The notes under the pieces were generated by a model. That model searched no databases, had not been told where the DNA came from, and saw only the letters and a list, made by a program, of their open reading frames with translations. A stretch of 64,000 bases of DNA, from the NCBI GenBank assembly GCA_963842085.1, contig CAWJET010000001.1, positions 288,001-352,000 on the forward strand. The letters run 5' to 3'. The translations under genes were made by a program, and so were the position numbers. Position 1 is the stretch's first letter. Every line of letters starts with the position of its first letter. Source of the stretch: an uncultured delta proteobacterium. GTDB lineage: Bacteria > Desulfobacterota > Binatia > Binatales > Binataceae. Shown one piece after another: positions 41,504 to 51,136 of the stretch.

Positions 41504-41690
41504 CGCCACCCATACTGGCGAATCGCGAAGCGGAGTCAATGCCGATGTGCGACGCCGATGCACTTGATCATCGGAGACCTTCACGTCTTGGCTCCCGGCG
41601 TAAATCGGCCTACTTTCCGATACGATTGCGGGCGTCCGATGACGTTAGCCGCCCTGGCGAATGGCGCAGAACAGATGGAGAGGTGCGATA

Positions 41691-42374
41691 GTGATTCCAC
41701 ATAAGAAAATCTTCGTGAGGAGTTTGATGCTGCTGGCGATCGCCGCGACGTCGTTAAGCACGACGCGGGTGGTGTTCGCCAAAGTCGCAGGACCTACCAT
41801 GAGTGCTCAACAGGCGTTGCAGCTTTTGCTCGAGGGTAATCAGCGGTTCGTTGCCGGCAAACTTGAGCATCCCGGCCAGACGCCGGCGCGGCGCACCGAA
41901 GTGGCCAAGGGACAGCATCCGTTTGCGTCGGTGCTGGCATGCTCGGATTCGCGGACTCCGCCCGAAATTATTTTCGACCGCGGACTTGGCGATATCTTCA
42001 CCGTGCGCGTGGCGGGCAACGTCGCGGACAAGGTGGTGATCGAAAGCCTGGACTACTCGGTCAAGCATCTCGGCGTGAGGCTGGTGATGGTACTGGGGCA
42101 TCGCCGATGCGGCGCGGTGATCGCGGCGGTCGAAGGACACGAGGAGGAAGGCGACGTCGGCCCGATGCTGAGCGAACTGCGGCCGGCCGTGGCAGCGTCC
42201 AAGGGCATGGCGGGCGACCCAGTTGAAAATGCGGTGCGCGAGAACGTCGAGCTGGTGATGAAGAATCTTGCCACTTCGGGAGAGCTCGCGGCGATGGTCA
42301 AATCGGGCGAGCTGAAGATCGTCGGCGGCATCTACGATCTCGATACGGGCACGATCGAGATGCTGAAGGACTAG
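41691..42374 (+). CDS. Beta-carbonic anhydrase, exported
   Basis: GNQRF, CSDSR, RVAGN, HRRCGAV; signal peptide; GGAGAGG SD. Confidence 0.93.
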   Translation: MIPHKKIFVRSLMLLAIAATSLSTTRVVFAKVAGPTMSAQQALQLLLEGNQRFVAGKLEHPGQTPARRTEVAKGQHPFASVLACSDSRTPPEIIFDRGLGDIFTVRVAGNVADKVVIESLDYSVKHLGVRLVMVLGHRRCGAVIAAVEGHEEEGDVGPMLSELRPAVAASKGMAGDPVENAVRENVELVMKNLATSGELAAMVKSGELKIVGGIYDLDTGTIEMLKD

Positions 42375-42375
42375 C

Positions 42376-42885
42376 CTACTGCGGGGGTTGCGTCACGATT
42401 ACACCGGCGAAGGATGACGCCTGATGGCCGTCGGCAGTCGTTGCAGTCACGGTAACCACGTAGCTGCCGGGGTTGGTGTAAGTGTGGAAAAGCGCGGTCG
42501 GCGGCAGCATCGAAACCTGGCCGTCGCCGAAATTCCAGCGAAAGGTTTGCAGCACGGTTTCCGGGTCGGTGCTCGACACCATGAAGCCGACGGTCAGCGG
42601 CGCCGGCCCGTATCCGGGCAAGGGTGTGAGCTGAATTTGCGGAATGGACGGCAGCATCATGGGCGTGGCCGTCGCAGTCGGCTCCTGCGCGAGGGCGGGA
42701 GTGCTCAATCCGCCAAGAAGAAGCAACGCAACGGCGAACGCCGGCTTTGTCATTCTGAGCGCAGCAAAGAATCCCGGCAGCCGTGCCCAGACGAGCACCC
42801 GAATCCGGGTTCCTTCGCAGCGCTCAGGATGACACAAGGAAAGAGCGATCCGCTTCGCGATCGAATGGGTGCGAATCAATCTCAC
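42376..42885 (-). CDS. Secreted PKD-domain protein (alternative start ATG 42753)
   Basis: WNFGDG, HTYTNPGSYVVTVT; signal peptide MTKPAFAVALLLLGGLSTPALA. Confidence 0.8.
   Translation of the reverse strand: MRLIRTHSIAKRIALSLCHPERCEGTRIRVLVWARLPGFFAALRMTKPAFAVALLLLGGLSTPALAQEPTATATPMMLPSIPQIQLTPLPGYGPAPLTVGFMVSSTDPETVLQTFRWNFGDGQVSMLPPTALFHTYTNPGSYVVTVTATTADGHQASSFAGVIVTQPPQ
42748..42834. repeat. Palindromic repeat family C (GTCATyCTGAGCG...CGCTCAGrATGAC doublet)
   Basis: TGTCATTCTGAGCGCAGC...GCAGCGCTCAGGATGACA inverted arms; half copies near 57286 and 61598. Confidence 0.75.
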
Positions 42886-43667
42886 TGCATGACGATGCCG
42901 CCGTCGGGATGCAGGATCGAGCCGGTGTAGTAGCGGCCTTCTTCGCTGGCGAGGAACAGCGCGGTGTTGGCGACATCGATTGGCTCGCCCATGTGCTTCA
43001 TCGGCACCCGCTGCATCATCTGCGAAGCGTCGGGCAGGTCCTGCAGGTTGGCGGTCATCGGTGTCTTGATGAAGCCGGGGCCGATCGCATTGGCAGTGAT
43101 ATTGAATGGTGCCAACTCGGTCGCGAGCACCCGCGTCAGCATCCAGACCCCGGCCTTGCTGACCGAATACTCGCCGAGGCCAGGTGAAGCGAGTCGCGCC
43201 GCGGCTGACGCGATATTGATGATGCGGCCGCCGTTGCCCGCCTTGATCATCGCGTCGGCGCAGGCGCGATCGGTCAGGAACACGCCGTCGAGATTGACGC
43301 TCAAGACCTTGCGCCAGTTGGCGAAGGACTTGTTGGCCAGAAACGTGATGTCGGGCTGGCCTTCCTCGCCATAGTGCGCGTGGGAGATTCCCGCCGCCGC
43401 GACGACGATGTCGACGCTGCCGAGGTCTTTCACCATCCGCGCAACCATCGTATTGACCTGCGTCTCGTCGCTGGTATCCGCCTGGAACGCGAGCGCCTTG
43501 CGGCCGAGCTTTTTGACGGAGGCGGCGGTCTCCTCGGCGGCGGCGAGATGGCGGTCGGCAACGAAGACGTTGGCGCCTTCTTCTGCGAAACGAACCGCGG
43601 TCGCGCGTCCGATACCGCTGGCGCCGCCGGTGATCAGTGCGTTTTTGTTTTCGAGTCTTAGCGGCAT
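42882..43667 (-). CDS. SDR family oxidoreductase
   Basis: TGGASGIG, YSVSKAG, NAIGPG; the track ORF is over-extended at its 5' end. Confidence 0.92.
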   Translation of the reverse strand: MPLRLENKNALITGGASGIGRATAVRFAEEGANVFVADRHLAAAEETAASVKKLGRKALAFQADTSDETQVNTMVARMVKDLGSVDIVVAAAGISHAHYGEEGQPDITFLANKSFANWRKVLSVNLDGVFLTDRACADAMIKAGNGGRIINIASAAARLASPGLGEYSVSKAGVWMLTRVLATELAPFNITANAIGPGFIKTPMTANLQDLPDASQMMQRVPMKHMGEPIDVANTALFLASEEGRYYTGSILHPDGGIVMQ

Positions 43668-43772
43668 CGAAATCTTCTCCTTGGCGATCTCTGTTCTCGT
43701 GCGGTTGTTAGCACGGCGGGCGGCGCATGAAAATCTATGCTCGCGATTTCGCGTCGAATAGAATTGCCGGTT

Positions 43773-44642
43773 ATGGCACAAGAGCAAGCGGCTACCGTGC
43801 TCGCGGAGCCGACCCATCGGTACGTCGAGGTTGAGGGACTCAAGCTTCACTATCTGGACTGGGGCGGCGATCCTGACAAACACACCTTCGTTTTGCTGCA
43901 CGGCGGCGCGGCGCATGCGCATTGGTGGGACGGCGTCGCACCGATGCTGACGCCGTACGGGCGCGTGCTCGCGCTCGATTTTCGCGGACACGGCCGCAGC
44001 CAGTGGGCGGAGTCGGGAACCTACGGTCCGCCGGCCTATCTGCAAGACGTGCGCGGGCTTGTCGAAAGCCTCGGCGCGCGCGTGGTGCTGGTGGGGCATT
44101 CGATGGGTGGCGCGGTCGCGCAGTGGGTGGCGGTGACGCATCCGGAGTTGCTCGAGGCGTTGATCATCGTCGATGCGCCGCACGGACCGCCGCCGCTGTT
44201 TCGCCGCCTGATGTGGCGATGGCGCCGGCGCTCGCACGGCGGCACCCGGCCCGAGCTGCGCTCCGCCGACGACATCATCAGGAAGTTTCGCCTGCAGCCG
44301 CCGCAGACGTATTTGACGCGGCTGGACGTCGAGCGGCTCGCGCTGCTCGGCGCCGAGCAGCTACCGAGCGGCGCATGGGCGTTTCGCTTCGACCCGGAAA
44401 CGCGCGCGTGGCGCAAGCACGGAGTCAGGATGACCCGGCCCAAGCTCAGGAACATCGCGATGCCGACGCTGCTGATCCGCGGCGAGCAGAGCGCCCTGGT
44501 GAGTCACTCACACGTACGGCGGATGCATCGGAAGATTCGCGGATCGGTGCTGAAGGAAATACCGCGCGCGTTCCATCACGTGCCGCTGGACAATCCCGGC
44601 GACACTGCGGCGGCGATTATCGAATTCGTCGAGAAGCTCTAG
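43773..44642 (+). CDS. Alpha/beta hydrolase
   Basis: LLHGG, DFRGHG, GHSMGG, FHHVPLDNP. Confidence 0.9.
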   Translation: MAQEQAATVLAEPTHRYVEVEGLKLHYLDWGGDPDKHTFVLLHGGAAHAHWWDGVAPMLTPYGRVLALDFRGHGRSQWAESGTYGPPAYLQDVRGLVESLGARVVLVGHSMGGAVAQWVAVTHPELLEALIIVDAPHGPPPLFRRLMWRWRRRSHGGTRPELRSADDIIRKFRLQPPQTYLTRLDVERLALLGAEQLPSGAWAFRFDPETRAWRKHGVRMTRPKLRNIAMPTLLIRGEQSALVSHSHVRRMHRKIRGSVLKEIPRAFHHVPLDNPGDTAAAIIEFVEKL

Positions 44643-44649
44643 CAGGCTG

Positions 44650-44991
44650 CTACGCGCGGAGCAGGAAGTCGCTCAGGTCCATCGCGTATTGGCCGTCGCT
44701 CAGCGTCATCGACTTGGGCGAGCGCTTGAGCATCAGGCGCGAGATGTCCTGCCCTTGCGGCAGCAGGTAAACGATATCCCCCGAGCCCATCGAGAACACA
44801 CGCACGCGCTCTTCGCCGCGGCGTTCCTGGCCGGCGACCTCGTACGAGCTGACGTGAAAGACGAAGCCGCGGGCGCGAATCAGCACGCCCTCGGTCTGCT
44901 CGACGATACCCACGAAAATCCGGGTGTTGTCGTCCTTGAAGAGCCTGCGATCGATGAGGACGATCCGGTCCCCTTCGCCGATTGTCGCCAT
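44650..44991 (-). CDS. Hypothetical 113-aa beta-rich protein
   Basis: AGGAGG SD, clean ORF, RRLFKDD..RIFVG motif. Confidence 0.8.
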   Translation of the reverse strand: MATIGEGDRIVLIDRRLFKDDNTRIFVGIVEQTEGVLIRARGFVFHVSSYEVAGQERRGEERVRVFSMGSGDIVYLLPQGQDISRLMLKRSPKSMTLSDGQYAMDLSDFLLRA

Positions 44992-45033
44992 CGTGCTGTT
45001 CCTCCTGTGGCCGTAGCCTCGAGCAGGATTCTA

Positions 45034-45097
45034 CTCGATCGCGAAGGCTAACACGACGCGGCGCGATCGAGGGTAGTGGGTCAGTGACCCACTACCC
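45034..45097. other. Two adjacent perfect hairpins downstream of the large TPR/PIN gene
   Basis: CTCGATCGCG...CGCGATCGAG (10 bp) and GGGTAGTGGGTC-agt-GACCCACTACCC (12 bp); no U-tract. Confidence 0.6.
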
Positions 45098-45116
45098 GAT
45101 CGGTTGGCATCCGGGA

Positions 45117-48100
45117 TCAGCGGCCGGCCATCAGGCGGTCATTCTGCGGCGTCTCGCTCTGGGCGGTCCATCCCCGCACGACGTCGCTCAGCTCGCGCGC
45201 TCGAATCAGGTCGAGTCCGAAGCGAATCGGCAACGAACGCGGCAATGTCTCGATCGCGTCGCGGCCGCCGGGGCGCGCCGCCAGCCGATCGAGCAGCCGC
45301 GAGGTCACCGTGCGGCGCTGCCCGCGCAAGTACTGGTCGTTGTACATCTTGACGATCAACTCGGCCGCCAGCCGCACCGCATCCGACATGTTCATCGAAT
45401 CGGACGCGAACTGGTCGAGCGCCTGCTTGAGCGGGAACTGGTCGGGATTCCATACCGCGACCGAGCCCGCGCGCATCAGCGTTTCGATGCTCGGCGTCGT
45501 GAACGAGTAGCCCCATCCGGCGAGCTTGGTGCTGGCCGTAGCCAGCTCGGCGGGATCGAGATTGCCCGCCTGCGCGCGCGCCTGCAATGCCGCCTCGGTC
45601 CAGACACGGCGCACACCGAATTCGGTTTTGGCGAGGTCGGCGAGGATCATGTCGTCGGTCCACAGCACGTGCCCCGGCATCGAGGCGATCACGATGCTCT
45701 CGGCGCCATGGCGGCCGAAGAACTTGATAAGGCGCTCGCGGCGTTCTGGATCGATCGAGGCGAGCACCGCGCCGTCGCGCACGCGGCACACCGACTGCAA
45801 TGCATCGGCGAGTCCCTTCAACTGAACGTCGGCGCGCTTGCCGTCGTTGGCGTTGCCGGTGATTGATGCGGAGAATCCGGGCGGCAGCCGCAGCAGGGTG
45901 TCCTCGAACGCGAGGCGCCGAAGTTCGGCGAGCGTGGACTGCGAAATCACGAACTGGCGCGGCCAGGTCGGCAGCAGGCTGAGCCGCCCGAGCATGCACA
46001 GCGTCGCGATCGCGGTCAAATCGAGCACCACGGCGTTGGCGCGCTCGAAGGCTCCCAGAGCGGCTTCGAGCTCTTCTGGCGAACCGGTGCAGCACTTCAG
46101 CGGCGCCTCGGGGCGCTGCGCCAGGATGAATACGGTCTGCAGATCGTTCAGGTTGAGCCGCTCCGCCACCGCGTGGATCGGGATCGAGTTATTGGCGTAG
46201 GTGCGCTCGGCCTGCTTGAGGAGGTCGTCGCGCTTGCCGCTGGCGGTGGCGTGGCCGTTGGCGACGCCGTTGACTTTGGCGACGCCGTTGCCGTTCGCGA
46301 CACCGTTGCCGTTGACATAGCTCGCTTCGAACAGTGACTCGAAGCTGTCGCTCATCTCGTTCCACGGAATCGCGTCGGCGCGTACGTAGCTCATTTCGAT
46401 CTCAGCCTGGCCGGGGAAGCGCGCCTGCCAGTTGATGAGTACGTCCATGTAGCGGTAGGCGTACTTGCTGATTATCTGCTTGATGGTGGCCTGGCGGCGG
46501 CTGAAGCGGCCTTCGGGGAGCTGGAACTTCTCGCCGGGCTTCTTGCCCTTGACGGCGCGCGTCATCGGATGTTGCGTGCCGTACTCGTCGAGCGCCTCGT
46601 CGGCGTCGTTGCCGTCCTCGAGCAGGATCCACTTCTCGGTGTTGGAACCCTCCTCGACGAAACTGACCGCGGCGCCGGGTCCGGCGCTGTCAAAGTCGGG
46701 CACGTGCGGCATCGGGCCAACCGGTCCGAGCGCGGCGAGGTACGCGCGATGCGCATCGACGTTGCCGCCCTGATGGCGCAGTAATTCGTAGGCGTAGGCT
46801 AGCGCCTCGTTGGCGCGGCCGCCGTCGCGCATGAATTGCACGGCCACGCGGCCGAGCGCAGGCGGAATTTCGCGCGCCGGGGGCATCGCATTCGGATCGG
46901 CGACGACCAGGTCGGCCTTGCCCAGGCGAGCGGCAACAATCGAGCGCCGCAACTTGAGCACACGGTCGTCGGGATGCTCCTGGAGCAGTTGCTCGAGGCT
47001 GGCCAGCGCCGCTTCAGGATCGTTGCATTCGAGTTTGTCGAGCTGATCGGCCGCGGCACCAGCGTCGCCCGCGTGATCGGGATGCAACTGGCGCGAGATG
47101 TCGTTGACGATGTCTTCGCGGCCGAGCCGGCTTGCGCAATCGAGCAGCCGGCGCGTGTCGGTGCCGGGCGTGCCGGCGGGCGCGAGCGTTTGCCACAGCG
47201 GGAGCGCGTCACGATAGCGCCCCAGGTCATGGAGTAGCGCGGCCAGCTTGCGCCGGTTGTCGGCGGAGGTGTCGGGCGTGAGTCCGGACAGGGCCTCGTC
47301 GGCAAGCTTCGAGGCCTGATCGAACTTGCCTTGCGCCAGCCGGAGGTTGGCGCGCAACGTCCGCATCGTGACGCCTGGCAGGCGCCCCTCGGCAATCGAC
47401 GACAACAGCGCGTCGGCGTCGTGATAACGCTCGGCGGTGGAAAGCGCTTCGACCGCGGCCGCGACCGCGAACGGAAAATCGCCTGCGGGAATTGCGTCTG
47501 GCCGCGCGATCGAGCGCATCAGCAGCTCGGTGGCCTCCTGCAAATCGCCGGGTTCGTCGCGCTCGCGGAGCGTGACCGCGAGATGGTACTCGATGTCGTC
47601 GCGGCCGCCCACGGACGCGGCGCGGCGCAGCACCTCGATAGCCTCATTCAGGCTGCCGCGCGAGCGCAGGACGATTCCGTACTCGCACAGCCCGTTGGCG
47701 TCCTCGCGCTCGAGGCTATGCGCCTGTTCGATATCCTTGCCCGCGCCGTCGGTATCGCGCAGCGCAATTCGCGCCTGCGCGCGTCCGATCAGCGCCTGCA
47801 CCTCGCTCGACGGCTGGCGTTCCGCCTGCGCGAGCGTGAGCGCCTGGGTGAAGCAAGTCTCGGCTTCACGCACGCGGCTTTCGTCATTTTGCGCGGGCGC
47901 ATCGGGACCGGCAGCGCCGGCGGCTTCGAGTTCGTTGAGCAGAATCGCCTGTCCCAGCACCAGCCACGGGATCGAATTGTTGGGCAACGCGGCGCTGGCG
48001 AGGCGCGCATAACGCTCGGCGCGATCGAAGTGCGCGTCGAGCAGCGCGCGGCGCGCCATCACGACCGCGACCTCGGGATCGGATGAGAGCTCGGGCGCGA

Positions 48101-49031
48101 CGTTTTCTTCGAGCGTCCTGGCGTCGAACGACTTGGGCGCATTGTTCAGCCACAGCGCGACCGCGCGGCCGCTCGACGGAAACTGCATCCGCAGCTTGTC
48201 CGCCAGCGCGAATGCGCGTTCGCGCTCACCGAGCAGTTCGTGCGCGAGCGCCTCGTTGGTGCAGGCGTTCTCCTCGTCGGGCTGCAGCGATTTCGCCGCG
48301 ATGAAGAGCATCGCGGATTTGCGCGGCTCGCCTTCCTTGAGCCACGCGGCGCCAAGATACGAGAGCACGCGGAACTTGTGCACGTTCGAGAGCTGGCTCC
48401 ACTTCTGCTCGCGCAGTCTTAGCAGTGCGAGGCGCGCGAGCTGATACTGGTGGCTCTCAAGAAAAGCCGCGGCGGCCGAGATCTCCTCTCCCAGCGCATC
48501 GGTAGGTCCCGCCGCCGCGGGCTCGCATCGTGCCTCGAGATGAACGACAGCATCGGCGCGCGTCAGCGCCTGGCGCTTGGCCGCGGTGCCAAAATCGGTG
48601 AGGATCTGAGGATACTCGTCGAGCAGCTCCTCGATATCATCCCACGTCAGAACCTCGATCGCCGAGATGCCGTCTTTGCGACTGGCGCGGTTGAGATCGA
48701 ACAACGAACGCTGCAAGCCCTCGGGCCTGGCGGCCGTGGTCGCGATCACGAAGCGCCCGATCGGAAGCTTCAGGCTCGCGGCGTGGTCCACAGCGTCCTT
48801 GATCTCGGCGATCGTCAACTCGCTGCGCGAAGCGCGCAAATCGCACTTGACCGCGGCGAGTCGCGGACGGCCACTGATCTCGATGAGGTTGACTCCCTTC
48901 TCGGCGCGTTCCGGGTCGCGGAACCGCTCGAGCTGAGGGAGCTGCCAATGACGCCGCAGGAGCTTGAGACAGAGTCTTTCGAACTCGTCGGCGCTCCTGG
49001 GCAGCGGATATCCGGCGGCGAATTTTGCCAT
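45117..49031 (-). CDS. Degenerate Mrr-like REase - TPR - GreA/B C-terminal - PIN multidomain protein
   Basis: N-terminal P.P...FERLC...GVNL...AVKCD...FVIATTA...WDDI; long TPR array; HPMTRAVKGKKPGE..IKQI GreA-C-like; PIN VVLDLTAI...AES...LWTDD. Confidence 0.8.
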   Translation of the reverse strand: MAKFAAGYPLPRSADEFERLCLKLLRRHWQLPQLERFRDPERAEKGVNLIEISGRPRLAAVKCDLRASRSELTIAEIKDAVDHAASLKLPIGRFVIATTAARPEGLQRSLFDLNRASRKDGISAIEVLTWDDIEELLDEYPQILTDFGTAAKRQALTRADAVVHLEARCEPAAAGPTDALGEEISAAAAFLESHQYQLARLALLRLREQKWSQLSNVHKFRVLSYLGAAWLKEGEPRKSAMLFIAAKSLQPDEENACTNEALAHELLGERERAFALADKLRMQFPSSGRAVALWLNNAPKSFDARTLEENVAPELSSDPEVAVVMARRALLDAHFDRAERYARLASAALPNNSIPWLVLGQAILLNELEAAGAAGPDAPAQNDESRVREAETCFTQALTLAQAERQPSSEVQALIGRAQARIALRDTDGAGKDIEQAHSLEREDANGLCEYGIVLRSRGSLNEAIEVLRRAASVGGRDDIEYHLAVTLRERDEPGDLQEATELLMRSIARPDAIPAGDFPFAVAAAVEALSTAERYHDADALLSSIAEGRLPGVTMRTLRANLRLAQGKFDQASKLADEALSGLTPDTSADNRRKLAALLHDLGRYRDALPLWQTLAPAGTPGTDTRRLLDCASRLGREDIVNDISRQLHPDHAGDAGAAADQLDKLECNDPEAALASLEQLLQEHPDDRVLKLRRSIVAARLGKADLVVADPNAMPPAREIPPALGRVAVQFMRDGGRANEALAYAYELLRHQGGNVDAHRAYLAALGPVGPMPHVPDFDSAGPGAAVSFVEEGSNTEKWILLEDGNDADEALDEYGTQHPMTRAVKGKKPGEKFQLPEGRFSRRQATIKQIISKYAYRYMDVLINWQARFPGQAEIEMSYVRADAIPWNEMSDSFESLFEASYVNGNGVANGNGVAKVNGVANGHATASGKRDDLLKQAERTYANNSIPIHAVAERLNLNDLQTVFILAQRPEAPLKCCTGSPEELEAALGAFERANAVVLDLTAIATLCMLGRLSLLPTWPRQFVISQSTLAELRRLAFEDTLLRLPPGFSASITGNANDGKRADVQLKGLADALQSVCRVRDGAVLASIDPERRERLIKFFGRHGAESIVIASMPGHVLWTDDMILADLAKTEFGVRRVWTEAALQARAQAGNLDPAELATASTKLAGWGYSFTTPSIETLMRAGSVAVWNPDQFPLKQALDQFASDSMNMSDAVRLAAELIVKMYNDQYLRGQRRTVTSRLLDRLAARPGGRDAIETLPRSLPIRFGLDLIRARELSDVVRGWTAQSETPQNDRLMAGR

Positions 49032-49129
49032 AGTGTAACATTTCCTAACATAATGTCGGGTTTGTAGGAAGGCCCTCAAATGGCTTGGCAAACAGCGGTC
49101 GCTTTCGGCACGCAAAGACCGCTGATAAG

Positions 49130-51118
49130 ATGACTTTTTTCACCATGCTGAGTCTCGACAACCTTTCCAAGTCCTACGGGGGCCGCAAGATCCTCGACGG
49201 CGTGAGCTGGTCGATGGCCGACGACGGACGGGTCGGCCTGGTCGGGCTCAACGGCGCGGGCAAGTCGACGCTGCTCAAGATGATCGCGGAAGTGATCCCG
49301 CTCGACTCGGGCCGCATCACCCGTCCGCAACGCACCCGCGTCGGGTACCTGGCGCAGGACGCGCCCGAAATGGGCGGCAGATCCGTGCTGCGCGAGACGC
49401 TGGCGGCGCTGGACCGGATGCAGGCGCTCGACTTGCGGCGCCGGGAAGTCGAGGAGCTTCTCGCGCGCGAGCATTCGGGGCCGGCGCACGACGCCGCGCT
49501 CGAGGAATTGGGCGAAGTGCTGACCGAGCTCGAGCGTCACGGCTTTTACAGCGCCGAGAGCCGCGCCACCTCGGTGCTGTTCGGGCTGGGCTTCACTGAC
49601 GACGACCTCGGCCGCGACGTCGCGGAATTTTCCGGCGGCATCCGGATGCGTATCGCGCTGGCAAAACTCCTGCTCGACGCGCCCGAGTTCATGATGCTCG
49701 ACGAGCCGACCAACCATCTCGACATCGAGGCGCGCAACTGGCTCGAAGATTACCTGTGCGGGTACCAGGGCGGGATCATCCTGGTCTCGCATGACCGCTA
49801 TTTTCTCGACCGCGTCACCACGCGCACCGTCGAAGTGTCGCACGGGCGGCTCACCGAATACGTCGGCGGCTACTCGCGGTACCTGGTCGCGCGCGAGGAA
49901 CGCTTCGCGCTCGAGCTGGCGGCGTACGAGAAGCAGCGCGAAGAAATCGAGCACCTGGAGAGTTTCATCAGCCGCTTCCGCTACCAGGCGAGCAAGGCGC
50001 GCCTCGTGCAAAGCCGCATCAAGCAGCTCGACAAGCTCGAACGCCTCGAGCCGCCGGAAGGCTCGCAGAAGCCGCCCGCGATTTCGTTTCCGAAATGCGA
50101 GCGCAGCACGCGGCGGGTTTTCGAGCTCAAGGGCGCGGTCAAACGCTACGGCGCGCTCACGGTTTACGACGGCGTCGATCTGACGATCGAGCGCGGTGCG
50201 CGAATCGCGCTGGTCGGCCCCAACGGCTCGGGCAAATCCACAATGATGAAGCTGCTGGCCGGCGTCGAACCGATGACCGCCGGCGAGCGAATAGTAGGCG
50301 CCAGCGTGCAGGCCGGATACTTCGCGCAGAATCTCGCCGAGTCGCTCTCGTATGACAAGACCGGGCTCGACGAACTGAGTGACAGCGCTCCGGGCCGCAC
50401 GACGCCGGAGATTCGCTCGCTGCTCGGCGCGATGCTGTTCTCGGGCGACGACGTTTACAAGCGCGTCGCAGTCCTGTCGGGCGGCGAGCGCGCGCGCCTG
50501 GCGCTGGCCAAGGTGCTGGTGCGCCCGAGCAATTGCCTGCTGCTCGACGAGCCGACCAACAACCTCGACATCGTCGCCAAGGATACACTGCTCGACGCAC
50601 TCCGGCGGTTTCCGGGAACCGTTATAATTGTCAGTCACGATCGCTTCATCCTGAATGAGCTGGTGACCGAGGTGCTCGAAGTCGGCCAGGGGCACGCGAT
50701 TCGCTACCTCGGCAACTACGACGAATACCTCGAGAAGAAGGCGCAGACCGAAGCGCCGCCGCCGTCGTCGCAGCCCGAGCGCTCCACGCCGGTGCATCTG
50801 CGCGATACGCGCGGCAACAACGGCAACACGCCGCATCCGAAGAAAGCGGAACCGCCGAAGGCCGCACCGCCGGCCAAAGACGATCGCGACGCGGTTCGCA
50901 AGCGCGAGCGAATCGCGCGCCAGCGGAGTCAAGTCGAAGCCGAGATCGAGCAGCGGGAGAACGAACGCGCAGCGCTCTCGACCGAGATGAACGATCCGAA
51001 CTTCTATCTCGCGCGCAAAGACGCCGACGAACTGATCGCGCGCTACGAACGGCTGGGCCGCGAGATCGAGAAGCTCTACGCCGACCTCGTCAAGTTCGAC
51101 GAAGCCGCGTCCGCGTGA
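49130..51118 (+). CDS. ABC-F family ribosome-associated ATPase (Uup/YheS/YdiF-like)
   Basis: Two ABC domains (GLNGAGKST, FSGG, DEPTNHLD; GPNGSGKST, LSGGE), no TM segments, C-terminal coiled coil; start 49130 or 49145. Confidence 0.93.
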   Translation: MTFFTMLSLDNLSKSYGGRKILDGVSWSMADDGRVGLVGLNGAGKSTLLKMIAEVIPLDSGRITRPQRTRVGYLAQDAPEMGGRSVLRETLAALDRMQALDLRRREVEELLAREHSGPAHDAALEELGEVLTELERHGFYSAESRATSVLFGLGFTDDDLGRDVAEFSGGIRMRIALAKLLLDAPEFMMLDEPTNHLDIEARNWLEDYLCGYQGGIILVSHDRYFLDRVTTRTVEVSHGRLTEYVGGYSRYLVAREERFALELAAYEKQREEIEHLESFISRFRYQASKARLVQSRIKQLDKLERLEPPEGSQKPPAISFPKCERSTRRVFELKGAVKRYGALTVYDGVDLTIERGARIALVGPNGSGKSTMMKLLAGVEPMTAGERIVGASVQAGYFAQNLAESLSYDKTGLDELSDSAPGRTTPEIRSLLGAMLFSGDDVYKRVAVLSGGERARLALAKVLVRPSNCLLLDEPTNNLDIVAKDTLLDALRRFPGTVIIVSHDRFILNELVTEVLEVGQGHAIRYLGNYDEYLEKKAQTEAPPPSSQPERSTPVHLRDTRGNNGNTPHPKKAEPPKAAPPAKDDRDAVRKRERIARQRSQVEAEIEQRENERAALSTEMNDPNFYLARKDADELIARYERLGREIEKLYADLVKFDEAASA

Positions 51119-51136
51119 AACGCTGAATACGCGCGC

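Noticed and set aside
46252-46317. Short tandem repeats (NGNGVA coding; also NGNG at about 15921-15970)
   Set aside because: In-frame low-complexity linkers without spacers; not CRISPR.
49130-51118. Antibiotic-resistance ABC-F
   Set aside because: Arm and C-terminal coiled-coil architecture fit housekeeping Uup/YheS/YdiF types; nothing specific supports resistance.
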